DNA of 32,353 nucleotides from Elusimicrobia bacterium CG08_land_8_20_14_0_20_51_18 (lineage in GTDB: Bacteria > Elusimicrobiota > Elusimicrobia > Elusimicrobiales > UBA9959): NCBI GenBank assembly GCA_002774685.1, contig PEXN01000068.1, positions 1 to 32,353 on the forward strand, written 5' to 3'. The translations under genes and the position numbers were made by a program. The notes below the pieces were generated by a model. That model made no database searches, was not told the DNA's origin, and saw only the letters and a program-made list of their open reading frames with translations. Within the stretch, counting starts at the first letter, position 1; each line of letters begins with the position of its first letter. Of the stretch, positions 16,781-27,678 are shown in pieces.

Positions 16781-17262
16781 AAAACATTATAATATCGATT
16801 TCGTTGTCGGCGTTTTTTCTTTCCTGCTCGCATACTACCGAGGCGGAAAGGGAACAACAGAAAAGAGCGGACCTGGAACTGCAATCGGTAATGCAGATGG
16901 TCATGACCAAGAACGTCCCGCCCATAGATTTTGAGTTCAATTCGGCGGAGCTTAAGGCCTCTTCCTACGAGCTGCTGGATAAAGTTTTCGAGATACTAGA
17001 CAAATATCCCAAGCTGAAACTGATAGTCGAAGGGCATACCGACGACGTGGGCGGCGACGCCTACAATAAAAAACTCTCGCTTATGAGAGCGGACGCCATA
17101 AAAACTTATCTGGTAAGGCGGGGGATACATCCGGATTCGGTGAGGATATACGGTTACGGTGAAAGCGTGCCGGTCCTCGCCGAAAAAACGGAAGAAGCCA
17201 GGGCCCTTAACAGAAGGGTGGAATTCAGGATAACTACCAGGGATTGGGCCACGGTTTACTAA
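16777..17262 (+). CDS. OmpA-family peptidoglycan-binding lipoprotein (Pal-like)
   Basis: The lipobox is FFLSC. The OmpA_C motifs are VEGHTDDVGGDAYNKKLSLMRADAIKTYL...GYGESVPV...NRRVEF. The start overlaps the upstream stop (ATGA). Confidence 0.85.
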   Translation: MKNIIISISLSAFFLSCSHTTEAEREQQKRADLELQSVMQMVMTKNVPPIDFEFNSAELKASSYELLDKVFEILDKYPKLKLIVEGHTDDVGGDAYNKKLSLMRADAIKTYLVRRGIHPDSVRIYGYGESVPVLAEKTEEARALNRRVEFRITTRDWATVY

Positions 17263-17581
17263 CAGTCTGCTGAAACCCCCCCATATGGCGTCCCATTCCC
17301 CATAGTCCAAATAGACGGGACAGCCCCTCTTTATGGGGCGTCTTTTCGCCGCTTTTGGGCTGCGCCCTTGCGACACATCAGCTTACAGTCCCGTCGGATA
17401 CAGTTGAATTGTGTCCACAGCAAAGCAAAACGGCGGCAAAGTCCACCCATCGGAGAATGCGGAACAGCCTCTCTGAGGCCGCAGGTGCCGGGAGTTACAC
17501 CGACCGGCCTCGCTTCGTGTCGCTTCGGCTCGCCTCAAAATCCGCTGGAAATACATCCAAGAAGATTTTTTCAGCAGACTG
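17263..17581. repeat. Intergenic element B: 319 nt closed by a perfect 13-bp inverted repeat CAGTCTGCTGAAA / TTTCAGCAGACTG, exactly filling the gap between two convergent stop codons
   Basis: 17263-17275 pairs perfectly with 17569-17581. The OmpA stop ends at 17262 and the obg stop codon occupies 17582-17584. The interior holds a 17-nt copy (17322-17338, reverse orientation) of the motif at 11508-11524. Confidence 0.6.
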
Positions 17582-19220
<1,639 letters not shown>

Positions 19221-19240
19221 TAATTTAAGGTGTCTTAGAT

Positions 19241-19498
19241 TTAATTCTGAGGGTAAACGCTTATCTGCTTCTTGCCTTTTTTCGCCCATTCGAACTTGAC
19301 CCTGCCGGCTTCCGTGGCGAAAAGTGTGTCGTCCGAGCCTTTTCTCACGTTTAAACCGGGCAGAAACTTGGTGCCTCTCTGCCTTACCAGCACTTCTCCG
19401 GCTTTTACCAGATGCTCGCCGTACCTTTTCACGCCCAATCTTTGGCCGTGGCTGTCCCTTCCGTTCGTTGACGACCCCTGCGATTTTGTATGAGCCAT
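19241..19498 (-). CDS. rpmA: 50S ribosomal protein L27
   Basis: The protein begins [51 protein letters not shown] and is 85 aa. Confidence 0.95.
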   Translation of the reverse strand: MAHTKSQGSSTNGRDSHGQRLGVKRYGEHLVKAGEVLVRQRGTKFLPGLNVRKGSDDTLFATEAGRVKFEWAKKGKKQISVYPQN

Positions 19499-19533
19499 AA
19501 ACTACACTCCGTCTGGTTGTTTTTAAAGGGGAA

Positions 19534-19842
19534 TTAAGAAAGCTGTATGTCTTTTATCTTTATTTCGCTTAATTCCTGTCTGTGGCCCCTGGACTTTTCG
19601 TATGCTTTTTTAGTTCTCTTCTTGAAAACTATTATCTTGGGACCTTTGAGGTGTTTTAAAACCGTAGCGACTACTTTCGCGTTTTTATCCGCTTTCGGAG
19701 CGGTTTCTTCGGTTTTTGAAGCCGACCAGAGAGCCTTGAAAGTGATGTCCTCGCCTTCTTTCGCGCACAGTTTTTCAACCTGCAAAATCTCGCCTGGGAT
19801 AACCCAGTACTGTTTACCGCCTGTTTCTATTATAGCGTACAT
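19534..19842 (-). CDS. rplU: 50S ribosomal protein L21
   Basis: MYAIIETGGKQYWV is the canonical L21 N-terminus. I chose ATG at 19842 rather than the track start at 19899. No clear SD precedes it. Confidence 0.92.
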   Translation of the reverse strand: MYAIIETGGKQYWVIPGEILQVEKLCAKEGEDITFKALWSASKTEETAPKADKNAKVVATVLKHLKGPKIIVFKKRTKKAYEKSRGHRQELSEIKIKDIQLS

Positions 19843-19916
19843 AGTAATACTATGGTAGCAAAAAAAACGGGCTTTTAGCAAACCAAATCCGGCTTTCAAA
19901 AAAAACGGTCGACATT

Positions 19917-19925
19917 TGTTATAAT
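19917..19925 (+). promoter_or_regulatory. Extended -10 promoter element TGtTATAAT upstream of the 19972 gene
   Basis: TGTTATAAT at 19917-19925 matches TGnTATAAT. It lies 47 nt upstream of the ATG, and the SD AGGAG is at 19962-19966. Confidence 0.4.
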
Positions 19926-19971
19926 GTAATAGTAAGTGACGGCTTAAAAAGCCTTAAAAACAGGAGATTTT

Positions 19972-20664
19972 ATGGTAAAAGACCTTATGGTGCTATTTCT
20001 CGAACCCGTCTTCAGTATCTGGGAAAAATTCGTGGCTTACCTGCCAAACGTGGTCGGGGCTCTGGTTTTCATACTTATAGGTTTTTTCTTTTCCAGGGTT
20101 CTCAGCTCATTGATGGAACACATTTTCAAAAAGATCAAGCTGGACACCTGGACCAGCAGGATAGGCATGAACGAGGTTATGACCAGGGTGGGGCTGGGAA
20201 AATCTCCCACCTATATCCTCGCTTCTCTGGTTTACTGGGTGGTTATGATAGTTTTTATCGTTTCCGCGGCCAACGTGCTGGACCTGGATTTCGTTTCCAG
20301 AATACTCCAGGTCTTCATACTGCAGTTCCTGCCGAAGGTGATGGCGGCGATTATTATAGGTTTCGCCGGACTGCTTTTCTCCAGATTCATGGAGAACGTG
20401 GTTTATAACGCGGCTATTTCCAATAATTTGAAAGGCGGCCGGTCTTTTTCCAAAATAATAAACTTCGTCATCCTGGTGTTCACCGGCATTATAGCCATAG
20501 AGCAGCTGGGGCTCGAGATGAAGCTTATACGCTCCAGCCTGAATATCCTCGCCGCTTCCCTCGGCCTGGCTTTCGCCATAGCGGTGGGCCTTGGGGCGAA
20601 GGATATCGCCAAAGATATCCTTACCGCGATGTTCTCCGAGAAAAAGGAAGAGAATAAAGAGTAA
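19972..20664 (+). CDS. Membrane protein with 'conserved TM helix' repeats (mechanosensitive-channel-related family)
   Basis: The protein is 230 aa. Amphipathic/TM segments of the form LPxVVGALVILIIGFF recur (VAYLPNVVGALVFILIGFFFSR; LQFLPKVMAAIIIGFAGLLFSR). A good SD precedes it. Confidence 0.55.
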   Translation: MVKDLMVLFLEPVFSIWEKFVAYLPNVVGALVFILIGFFFSRVLSSLMEHIFKKIKLDTWTSRIGMNEVMTRVGLGKSPTYILASLVYWVVMIVFIVSAANVLDLDFVSRILQVFILQFLPKVMAAIIIGFAGLLFSRFMENVVYNAAISNNLKGGRSFSKIINFVILVFTGIIAIEQLGLEMKLIRSSLNILAASLGLAFAIAVGLGAKDIAKDILTAMFSEKKEENKE

Positions 20665-20681
20665 TTTTACGCCTTAAAAGC

Positions 20682-20710
20682 AAGAGGGCCGGCTTAAAGC
20701 CGGCCCTCTT
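20682..20710. terminator. Bidirectional rho-independent terminator
   Basis: AAGAGGGCCGGC-ttaaa-GCCGGCCCTCTT is a 12-bp perfect stem flanked by A- and T-rich runs. It lies between the convergent genes ending at 20664 (+) and 20759 (-). Confidence 0.8.
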
Positions 20711-20758
20711 TGTTAAGAACTTATAACCTGATAGGAGAATCGGATATTGAAGCGAAAT

Positions 20759-21646
20759 TTAATGTAAGCCGTATCTGTAAAAATAATCGGGCAAATCTTT
20801 ATAATAATCTTTCTGCCTCTTCCATGAAGAGGTTTCCCATATCTCATCCAATCTGAAATCCCATCTGAAGAATTCGTCAAATCCAGCAATAAATGCCTTG
20901 TCTTTGTCATATCTTATCGACATTATGCTGAAAGCATCTGTTTTAAGCTGAAAAGCGGGATACTTTTCATAATTGTATCCTTCTTTAAAATAAACGCCCT
21001 TTTTAAAAATTTTATAAATAAAAGCAGTCGGTTTTGAAGCAGATTTCGTGGAGGCTAACGAAGAGCAGTAATTGGAGAATTTTCGTCCATATTTTTTATA
21101 AAACTCGCTGTCATAATAGCCAACACAGACCGGTAATACTTTGTATGAAACCCCGGACGCGGTCTCGCTAGATAAAAACGCCAACAGCATCTCGTATTTG
21201 TTATTGTGCCCAATCACCATGGCGTCTTCTTTTTTGTCGCCGTTGAAATCGCCCAAACCCACGCTTAATGACGTTTTGGGCGAGGTGGAGAATGCGAACC
21301 CTTCCTCAGCCCAAGCCTGCCTTGGATAATCCGTAGAATTCCATATTTTAAAATCCGGGTCAAAAGTTTTTAGGGCGGCTTGCATTCCTGTGGAAATTTT
21401 TATATTGAAGAAAGCCGGCGTTTTTAAATATTCATAAGAGTCGGTATAGCCGGAACCGTCCCGGTAAACAAGGATAGTTTTATCGCCTCTTTTGAATATT
21501 ACTTCTTCAGTCTTCCCATCCCCTGCAGATGCCCTTATTGTTGTTGTGTCGACAGCCGTTCCCTGACCGGTTGTCGAATCATGTGGTGGAAGCCCAAAAA
21601 GCGCGAAAACCGGCAGAAAAAAGAGGCTTTTCTTTATTTTACGCAT
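20759..21646 (-). CDS. Secreted hypothetical protein with one FG-GAP/VCBS-like motif
   Basis: The signal peptide is MRKIKKSLFFLPVFALFGLP. GLGDFNGDKKEDAMVIGH resembles an FG-GAP Ca-binding loop. The coding sequence is AT-rich, and its start overlaps the upstream gene's end by 13 nt. Confidence 0.6.
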   Translation of the reverse strand: MRKIKKSLFFLPVFALFGLPPHDSTTGQGTAVDTTTIRASAGDGKTEEVIFKRGDKTILVYRDGSGYTDSYEYLKTPAFFNIKISTGMQAALKTFDPDFKIWNSTDYPRQAWAEEGFAFSTSPKTSLSVGLGDFNGDKKEDAMVIGHNNKYEMLLAFLSSETASGVSYKVLPVCVGYYDSEFYKKYGRKFSNYCSSLASTKSASKPTAFIYKIFKKGVYFKEGYNYEKYPAFQLKTDAFSIMSIRYDKDKAFIAGFDEFFRWDFRLDEIWETSSWKRQKDYYKDLPDYFYRYGLH

Positions 21647-22821
21647 GATTCAATGGTTGCCTCGTCTATTGTGCCGTCATCTTTACAGCACTGAATATAT
21701 TTTCCTTCTTCTAATTTTGGGGGACGGCAATAAAATAGCCTGCTCATTTCTATGTAATTTATTTGTCTACTTGTGGCAATGTGGTAATAAGGAGGCTCTT
21801 CGGACAGGAGGAATTTTGTTTTTTTGCATGCGATTTCTATAAACTTCCTTCTATTCTCATCGGGAATTTTTATTTTCCGTATATCCGCCTGATTGCCGCA
21901 TCTATGCATTTCATGATTTGCCGGGGAAGTAACCCAGGTCATATCCAAATCGAATAACCCTCCCCAAGGCAGGCTCATGTCGTTTATCTCAATAGGCGAC
22001 GCGTCCGGTATCGCTGATTTGTATTCATCGGATATTCCCACTAAAACATCGATAAGAGATTGTGTCCCATAATGTGATTCGGGATGATGTTCCGCCGCTT
22101 CTTCGGAATTGTAAAGTATGTAATTCCGGCCTGGTGCCATTTTTGCAAGTCCGGAAACCATGACATTTAGATAATCCACTTGGCTTTTTTCACATCCGCC
22201 ATATGGTTCAAATACTTCCATTATCTTTGTTGAAAATTCAGGTATCAATTCCCAATAATAATAGGTGGTATTTGATAACATAGTGGGGAGCCCAAAAGGA
22301 CTTGGTTTTTCTTTGTACGCCGATGACGGTGGTTCGGTAGAGCCTAGTTGTATATCGGTAACTTTTAAAGCCGGTCCTGGCGGGTCGAAATGTGAATGCC
22401 CTCCGGAAGGATAAGCATACGAATAGGTTTCCTTCGCAGCCCATTGTTGTCCTGTCTGGTTTTGGCAGTAAAGGGACCAGCTCATTGAAGATTGGGGTAA
22501 TTTGTTGTATTCATTGGCTCGCCGCCCTCTTTCATCTATCCAGCTTCTATCCGGTTTCAGCTCTTTTAAAACTCCATTTTCGTCTAAAATAAAGGCTTTT
22601 TTTACGCAGTAAGCTTCTTCTTTTGAAGGTTGAGGGGTTTCTCTGGATTCATTTTGTGCGTCATCGTGAAAAAGAGCGGGTTTTACCGGATTTTTGCCGT
22701 CAAAATCAATAACCGTATTATCTGCAAAAGTTAAACAAGGAGTTATTGAGATGGCAAGAAATATTATTTTTAATGCTTTTATGAACCCCCCTAAGCCTAT
22801 TAAATCAAAAAGGAAAACCAA
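21634..22821 (-). CDS. Secreted protein with MepA-like (LAS family, H-x6-D) zinc metallopeptidase motif; putative peptidoglycan endopeptidase
   Basis: The N-terminal hydrophobic signal is KALKIIFLAISITPCLTFA. INDMSLPWGGLFD...ANHEMHRCGNQADI parallels, as I recall it, the MepA segment IGDMGMPAGGRF..GGHASHQTGLDVDI, with the same His-to-Asp spacing. A later YYHIA could supply the third ligand. The start is TTG and the coding sequence is AT-rich. Confidence 0.5.
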   Translation of the reverse strand: MVFLFDLIGLGGFIKALKIIFLAISITPCLTFADNTVIDFDGKNPVKPALFHDDAQNESRETPQPSKEEAYCVKKAFILDENGVLKELKPDRSWIDERGRRANEYNKLPQSSMSWSLYCQNQTGQQWAAKETYSYAYPSGGHSHFDPPGPALKVTDIQLGSTEPPSSAYKEKPSPFGLPTMLSNTTYYYWELIPEFSTKIMEVFEPYGGCEKSQVDYLNVMVSGLAKMAPGRNYILYNSEEAAEHHPESHYGTQSLIDVLVGISDEYKSAIPDASPIEINDMSLPWGGLFDLDMTWVTSPANHEMHRCGNQADIRKIKIPDENRRKFIEIACKKTKFLLSEEPPYYHIATSRQINYIEMSRLFYCRPPKLEEGKYIQCCKDDGTIDEATIESCVK

Positions 22822-22921
22822 ATGTCAATAAAACCGGGATAAATGGCGGTGCAAACATTGGGTAATGTGCAGGCTTAATTCATTCACGCATCTGGATTTC
22901 AACGGCTTTTCCCGCCCGGAC

Positions 22922-24631
22922 TCACTCCATGTAATCCTTTATCAGTTTGCTTCTCGAGGGATGCCTGAGTTTTCTTATGGCCTTGGCCTCTATCTGACGG
23001 ACCCTTTCGCGCGTGACCCTGAAGATCTTGCCCACTTCCTCCAGCGTCCTGGGATAGCCGGTGTCTATGCCGAACCGCAGCTTTATTATCTTGGCTTCCC
23101 TCTCGCTCAAAGTCGAAAGTATCTTGCCGACCTCCCTTTTCCTTAAAAGGTCCACGGCGGAGTTGGAGGGGGGGATGCCGCCCTTGTCCTCGATGAAATC
23201 CTCGAGGTGAGAGTCCTCGTCCTCCCCTATCGGAGTGGACAGGGAGATGGGCTCCTGCATTATCTTTATGGCGTTCTTCACCTTGTCTATGGAAATGTGC
23301 AGGTGTTTCGCGTATTCTTCCACGTCGGGGTCCCGGCCGTGGTCCTGTCTGTATTTTTTAGCCACTTTCATGAGCTTGGAGACCAGCTCTTTCATATGCA
23401 CGGGTATTCTGATTGTCCTGGCCTGGTCGGCTATGGCCCTGTTTATGGACTGTCGTATCCACCAGGTGGCGTAGGTCGAGAACTTGAAGCCCCTTTTGTA
23501 CTCGAATTTTTCCACCGCTTTCATAAGGCCGAGGCCGCCTTCCTGTATGAGATCGGAAAGTTCCAGGTTCGAATTCACGTGCTTTTTCGCTATGGAAACG
23601 ACCAGCCTCAGGTTCGCTTTTATGAGCTTAAGCTTATCCTGCAGTATCTGGTCCTCGAGAAAGGAGATCTTCTCGTTGAGCGAGAGGAACTCATTGGTGT
23701 CTATGGGCAGGTTCTTCGTCAGGTGGCTCTCTTTTTCGAAAAGGTTCTTTATGTTTATCACCACCGTGTTGAGTTCCAGGGGATTGTAGCCCCATTTACT
23801 CTTGAACTCCTTCTTGACCAGCCTGCCTTTCTCGAACAGCTTGAAATCCTTTATCATCTTTTCGAGGTTGCCGTAGGTCTTCCTGTATTTTTCGGCTTCC
23901 AGCCGGTATTCCTTTATCCTGTAAGCCAGGTTTTTTATCTTGTTGGTGAGCCTCTTTATTTTTTCCTGGTTCAGGTCCAGGTCTATGATGTTCTTTACCA
24001 TGTCCTTTCTTTTTTTGTCTATCATGGCCTGAAGCTTCTTTCTTACTTCATTGGGAAGATGTTTTTTCTGGGCCCTGGCCATCAGGGTCATTATGTCCCT
24101 TTCGTTCTTGGTGATAAGCCTGGATATTTTTTTCATTTTTTTCTTCATGGTATCCAGCTCGCCTTCCGTCTTCCTTCCCCTGGGCATCAGTTCTTTGGTG
24201 GTCATCTCGTCCTGTTCGATAAGGGTTTCCCAGTTCCTTATTTCGCGCATCGTTATGGGAGATTCCAGGACTATCATCCTCAGTTCCCTTTCCCTTTCGC
24301 GGATGTTTCTGGCCAGGGTTATCTCCTCGTCCCTGGAGAGGAGCGGGACCCTGCCCATCTCCGAAAGATACATTTTTATGGAATTCGAGACGTCCGGCGC
24401 CGCCCCCCATTCTTCCGTGTAGGCTTCCTTTTCGGAGGCGGAGACCATCCTGTATTTTTTCCTGTCCACCACGTCTATGCCGAGGTCTTCGAGCGTGCTC
24501 ATCAGGTTGTCGATGTCGTCGCTGGACATTGAAGCGTTGGTCATGGACCTGTTGACCTCTTCGAGGGTGATGTAGCCGTGTTCCTTCCCCAGTTCCACCA
24601 GATCTCTAAGGGCTTTTTTGGAAAATACCAT
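22922..24631 (-). CDS. rpoD: RNA polymerase primary sigma factor (sigma-70)
   Basis: Region 2 is [53 protein letters not shown]. Region 4 is [12 protein letters not shown]...[30 protein letters not shown]. Confidence 0.95.
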   Translation of the reverse strand: MVFSKKALRDLVELGKEHGYITLEEVNRSMTNASMSSDDIDNLMSTLEDLGIDVVDRKKYRMVSASEKEAYTEEWGAAPDVSNSIKMYLSEMGRVPLLSRDEEITLARNIRERERELRMIVLESPITMREIRNWETLIEQDEMTTKELMPRGRKTEGELDTMKKKMKKISRLITKNERDIMTLMARAQKKHLPNEVRKKLQAMIDKKRKDMVKNIIDLDLNQEKIKRLTNKIKNLAYRIKEYRLEAEKYRKTYGNLEKMIKDFKLFEKGRLVKKEFKSKWGYNPLELNTVVINIKNLFEKESHLTKNLPIDTNEFLSLNEKISFLEDQILQDKLKLIKANLRLVVSIAKKHVNSNLELSDLIQEGGLGLMKAVEKFEYKRGFKFSTYATWWIRQSINRAIADQARTIRIPVHMKELVSKLMKVAKKYRQDHGRDPDVEEYAKHLHISIDKVKNAIKIMQEPISLSTPIGEDEDSHLEDFIEDKGGIPPSNSAVDLLRKREVGKILSTLSEREAKIIKLRFGIDTGYPRTLEEVGKIFRVTRERVRQIEAKAIRKLRHPSRSKLIKDYME

Positions 24632-24632
24632 A

Positions 24633-26369
24633 TCAGTCTCCTTTGCTTCTCGTCTTTATCGTTTTCGTCAATTCGGCAAATTCTTTAAGTTCCTGCGCGT
24701 CCAGTTGGGAAATCCTGGATTTAAGCTGTTTCCACTTTTTTTCGTTATAGGACAGTTCTATCATCTGCGCGGTCCTTTTCACGTTCAGTCCCGGATCTAT
24801 GTCGCTGTCAAGCTCTTCCATTGAAATTTTAAGTATGTTCCTGGAGTATTGAGGGAACTTTTCGCAGAGGGAAGTGGTAAGATGCTCTTTGTCCGCGTCC
24901 CCGCCGTCCCGGATCTCGGCGAAGAGAAGCTTGGAAAACTCGCTTTGCAGCATTTCATGCCTGAAGCCGGGAATCCCCCTGACCAGGGCGGGATCTTTAA
25001 GGAGCATGTGAATAAGGCCCAGTTCCAGCGGCGGGGCGGCTTCGGCCTGCTTTTCCTGGCGCGGGCCGGGCTCTTTGGCGCCCGCCGGATTTTTTCTCAT
25101 GCGGTTCATAATGGATTCTTCGCTGAGCTTGAAGTTTTCGGAGATCTTCTTTATCCATTCATTCCTTATTATTTCGTCGCCCTGTTTCTGCAGTGTGGAG
25201 GCCAGATAGGAGATGATCCTGGATTTCTCCATCGCCTTGATCTCGGTTTTCTTTTCGAGGATAAGCCGTATCTTGAAATCTATCGCGTCCGTGGCCGAGG
25301 TCAGGAGGTCGTAGAAGGCTTCTATCCCTTCTTTTATCAGGAATTCGTCCGGGTCCAGTCCCTGCCGGAGCAGGCCTATCCTGGGGTAAACGCCGTTTTC
25401 CACCAGAATGTCCGCGGCCTTGACCGCGGCGTTTATTCCGGCTGCGTCGGGATCGAAAAGAAGCAGGGCCTCGTCGCAGTACCTTTTTATGGTCTGGGCA
25501 TGTTCCGGGGTGAGGGACGTACCCAGGGGAGAGACGGCGAAATTCACGCCGAACTGGTGCAGCGTCACCACGTCCATGTAGCCTTCGACTATCAGTATCT
25601 TTTTATCCTTTCTTATCCGGGGAAGCGATTCGAACAGCCCGAAAAGAGTCTTTCTCTTGGAGAAAAGAGGCGTTTCCGGCGAATTCAGGTATTTCGGCAT
25701 TCCGTCTTCCACTATTCTCCCGCCGAAAGCTATCACGTCCCCGTTGGTGTTCTTTATGGGGAATATTATCCTGTTCCTGAAATAGTCGGTAACCCTGCCG
25801 TTTTCCTTGACGTTGGCAAGCCCGGCCTTGAGGATAAGGTTCTTGTGAAAACCGGTCTTTTCGAGTTCCGGGATTATGAGCGAATCGGAATCGGGGGCGA
25901 AGCCTATGCCGAAGTTCCTGACGGTTTCGTCCTTTATGTTCCTGCCCTTGAGATAGTCGGCCGCCTTTTTCGCGGCCGCGGACTTGAACAGCTTCTGGTA
26001 ATGGAAAGACGCCGTTTCCATGGTTTTTTTTAGGGCTATCTTTTCCCTGTCCGCCGGGGAAAGCGTGTTTATGTCCACGTTCTCCATCTGTATGCCGGCC
26101 CTTGGCGCCAGCTTTTTCATGGCTTCGAAAAAGGTTATGTTTTCGATCTTCATCACGAAGGAGAACATGTCTCCGCCTTCCCCGCAGCCGAAACAGTAAA
26201 AGATCTGCTTATCCTGGTTTACGCTGAAGGAGGGCGTCTTTTCCCCGTGGAAGGGGCACAGGGTCTTGTAGTTTCTGCCGGCTTTTTTCAGCCCCGGCAG
26301 ATACTCGCGGATTATATCCACGATGTCCAGTTTTTTTTTGATCTCTTCGGTTATTTCTTTATAATGCAT
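24633..26369 (-). CDS. dnaG: DNA primase
   Basis: The zinc ribbon is [30 protein letters not shown], and the Toprim domain is [11 protein letters not shown]...LLFDPDAAG. The stop lies 1 nt from the rpoD start. Confidence 0.95.
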   Translation of the reverse strand: MHYKEITEEIKKKLDIVDIIREYLPGLKKAGRNYKTLCPFHGEKTPSFSVNQDKQIFYCFGCGEGGDMFSFVMKIENITFFEAMKKLAPRAGIQMENVDINTLSPADREKIALKKTMETASFHYQKLFKSAAAKKAADYLKGRNIKDETVRNFGIGFAPDSDSLIIPELEKTGFHKNLILKAGLANVKENGRVTDYFRNRIIFPIKNTNGDVIAFGGRIVEDGMPKYLNSPETPLFSKRKTLFGLFESLPRIRKDKKILIVEGYMDVVTLHQFGVNFAVSPLGTSLTPEHAQTIKRYCDEALLLFDPDAAGINAAVKAADILVENGVYPRIGLLRQGLDPDEFLIKEGIEAFYDLLTSATDAIDFKIRLILEKKTEIKAMEKSRIISYLASTLQKQGDEIIRNEWIKKISENFKLSEESIMNRMRKNPAGAKEPGPRQEKQAEAAPPLELGLIHMLLKDPALVRGIPGFRHEMLQSEFSKLLFAEIRDGGDADKEHLTTSLCEKFPQYSRNILKISMEELDSDIDPGLNVKRTAQMIELSYNEKKWKQLKSRISQLDAQELKEFAELTKTIKTRSKGD

Positions 26370-26430
26370 AAAAACCGCAAGCTTTCATGTCCGCTGGGAC
26401 CGATGAAAACTCCGGCAAAGCTGTTGAAAA

Positions 26431-26455
26431 GCCCGTCCGCCTGAGGCGGACGGGC
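26431..26455 (-). terminator. Hairpin between rpsU and dnaG (internal attenuator/terminator of the rpsU-dnaG-rpoD operon)
   Basis: GCCCGTCCGCC-tga-GGCGGACGGGC is an 11-bp perfect stem. On the minus strand it is followed by TTTTC. E. coli has a partial terminator at the same position between rpsU and dnaG. Confidence 0.6.
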
Positions 26456-26471
26456 GGGTTGGGCAGGATTG

Positions 26472-26675
26472 TTATCTTCTATGAGATAATCTGCGAAGTT
26501 TGCGTTTAAGCTCCTGAGTCTTTACTTTTCTTTCAACGCTGGGAGCCGTATAAAACTCCCTTTTTTTTATTTCTTTCAGGATGCCGTTCTTTTCGCATTC
26601 ATGCTTGAAGCGTCTGAGCGCCTCTTCTATAGACTCTTCGTCTCTTACTTTTACGAATACCAAGTTAATCACCAC
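26472..26675 (-). CDS. rpsU: 30S ribosomal protein S21
   Basis: [43 protein letters not shown] matches S21. The true start may be the TTG at 26663 ([10 protein letters not shown]). Confidence 0.9.
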   Translation of the reverse strand: MVINLVFVKVRDEESIEEALRRFKHECEKNGILKEIKKREFYTAPSVERKVKTQELKRKLRRLSHRR

Positions 26676-26710
26676 CTTTTTGTTTCTATAATTTTACTTA
26701 AAAACCGGTT

Positions 26711-27049
26711 TCAGCCCGGAGGCCAGTTGAAACGTCTTCCGGCCAGCAGATGATAATGGAGATGGTTTACGGATTGCCCGGCTTTTCTGCCGTTGTTCGT
26801 TACCAGCCTGAAGGCGTCTTCCACTTTGAGGTTTTTGGCTATTTCCGCCGCCGCCAGCTGTATTTTACCCAGAAGTTCCGCATGTTCTTTTCCCGCCGCC
26901 GAAAGGGATTCCATGTGTTTATTGGGAATTATAAGTATATGGGTCGGAGCCTGCGGGTTAAGATCCCAAAAAGCCGTTATCTCGCCGTCTTCGTAGACCT
27001 TTCTGGCGTTTATCTCTCCGGCCGCTATTTTGCAGAAAATACAGTCCAT
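26711..27049 (-). CDS. HIT-family (histidine triad) nucleotide hydrolase/transferase
   Basis: MDCIFCKIAAGEI is the N-terminus, and HLHYHLL is the HxHxHxx triad. I preferred ATG 27049 over the track start at 27085. Confidence 0.85.
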   Translation of the reverse strand: MDCIFCKIAAGEINARKVYEDGEITAFWDLNPQAPTHILIIPNKHMESLSAAGKEHAELLGKIQLAAAEIAKNLKVEDAFRLVTNNGRKAGQSVNHLHYHLLAGRRFNWPPG

Positions 27050-27086
27050 AAGGTACATTTTACCATATATGGAGGTTCCGCTCAAG

Positions 27087-27674
27087 TTAAAACTCGGACA
27101 GGATCATGATCTTTTCGCGGAATTTTCCCGGATTATAGGCGAGTTTGCCGGCGGATTTGGCGTTTCTCTTGATTCTTACGGCGTGCGTCCCGGCCTTCCT
27201 GGCCTGTATTATGCCTTCGTCGGAGCTTGAAAAAAATATGAAATACCTGTTCTTTTCCAGTATCGAGAATTTCTCGTTCTGGTCTTTGGCGAAATAAAAA
27301 CCGGCGCAGAGCCGCCGCCAGGAGCTCTTAAGGGCCGGGGAGGCCGCCTCGCCCCTGTCGGCCACGGCGTCCACCCTGAAGCCGGCCAGCCTGAAAACGA
27401 GGGCGGAGAGGCACGGGACCGGCTTTAACCTTTCCAGCCGGCGATTTTCGTTTATGAATTCCCAGTATATCTGCCCGTCGGGCGGGAGTTTTTTATTTTC
27501 GGCTTTCCGGAACAAATCCCCGGAATAGACCAGCCCGTCGTCGTATTCGAAGGCCACGGAAGAGCCTATGATGGTGTTCGTGGAGAACACCACGGCCCAG
27601 ATGGCGAATAAAAAAGCGAAGAGCCTGAATCTCAGGAACCAAAGGGAAAAAAAAACTTTCACGCCTTCAAGCAT
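27087..27674 (-). CDS. Membrane-anchored class B acid phosphatase (AphA)-like HAD protein with substituted catalytic motifs
   Basis: VAFEYDDGLVYSG aligns with AphA VGFDIDDTVLFSS. IFFSSSDEGIIQARKAGTHAVRIKRN aligns with [26 protein letters not shown]. The C-terminal LSEF aligns with NSEY. AphA comparisons are from memory. The nucleophile Asp position reads Glu, and GDSDND reads SSSDEG. The N-terminus carries a TM anchor. Confidence 0.55.
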   Translation of the reverse strand: MLEGVKVFFSLWFLRFRLFAFLFAIWAVVFSTNTIIGSSVAFEYDDGLVYSGDLFRKAENKKLPPDGQIYWEFINENRRLERLKPVPCLSALVFRLAGFRVDAVADRGEAASPALKSSWRRLCAGFYFAKDQNEKFSILEKNRYFIFFSSSDEGIIQARKAGTHAVRIKRNAKSAGKLAYNPGKFREKIMILSEF

Positions 27675-27678
27675 TTCC

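Noticed and set aside
17436-17505. An SRP (4.5S/scRNA)-like string in element B (GGAACAGCC...GAGGCCGCAGGTGCCGGGAGTTA). Similar GGCCGAG strings occur in elements C and D.
   Set aside because: The universally conserved domain IV features are absent: the GGAA tetraloop closed by UCC/GGA, and the AGCA and CAGG internal-loop nucleotides. The 5' half does not fold back convincingly. I treat it as chance GC-rich similarity unless cmscan says otherwise.
19843-19899. N-terminal extension of rplU (MKAGFGLLKARFFCYHSIT...)
   Set aside because: L21 proteins start at MYAIIE..., and the extension would run into the promoter/leader region.
23207-24532. 441-aa ORF on the plus strand
   Set aside because: It lies entirely antisense to rpoD, which has unmistakable sigma-70 regions. 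Its low-complexity, Val/Phe/Gly/Leu-rich translation is typical of a shadow ORF.
24849-26033. 394-aa ORF on the plus strand
   Set aside because: It is antisense to dnaG (zinc ribbon and Toprim motifs on the minus strand), so it is a shadow ORF.
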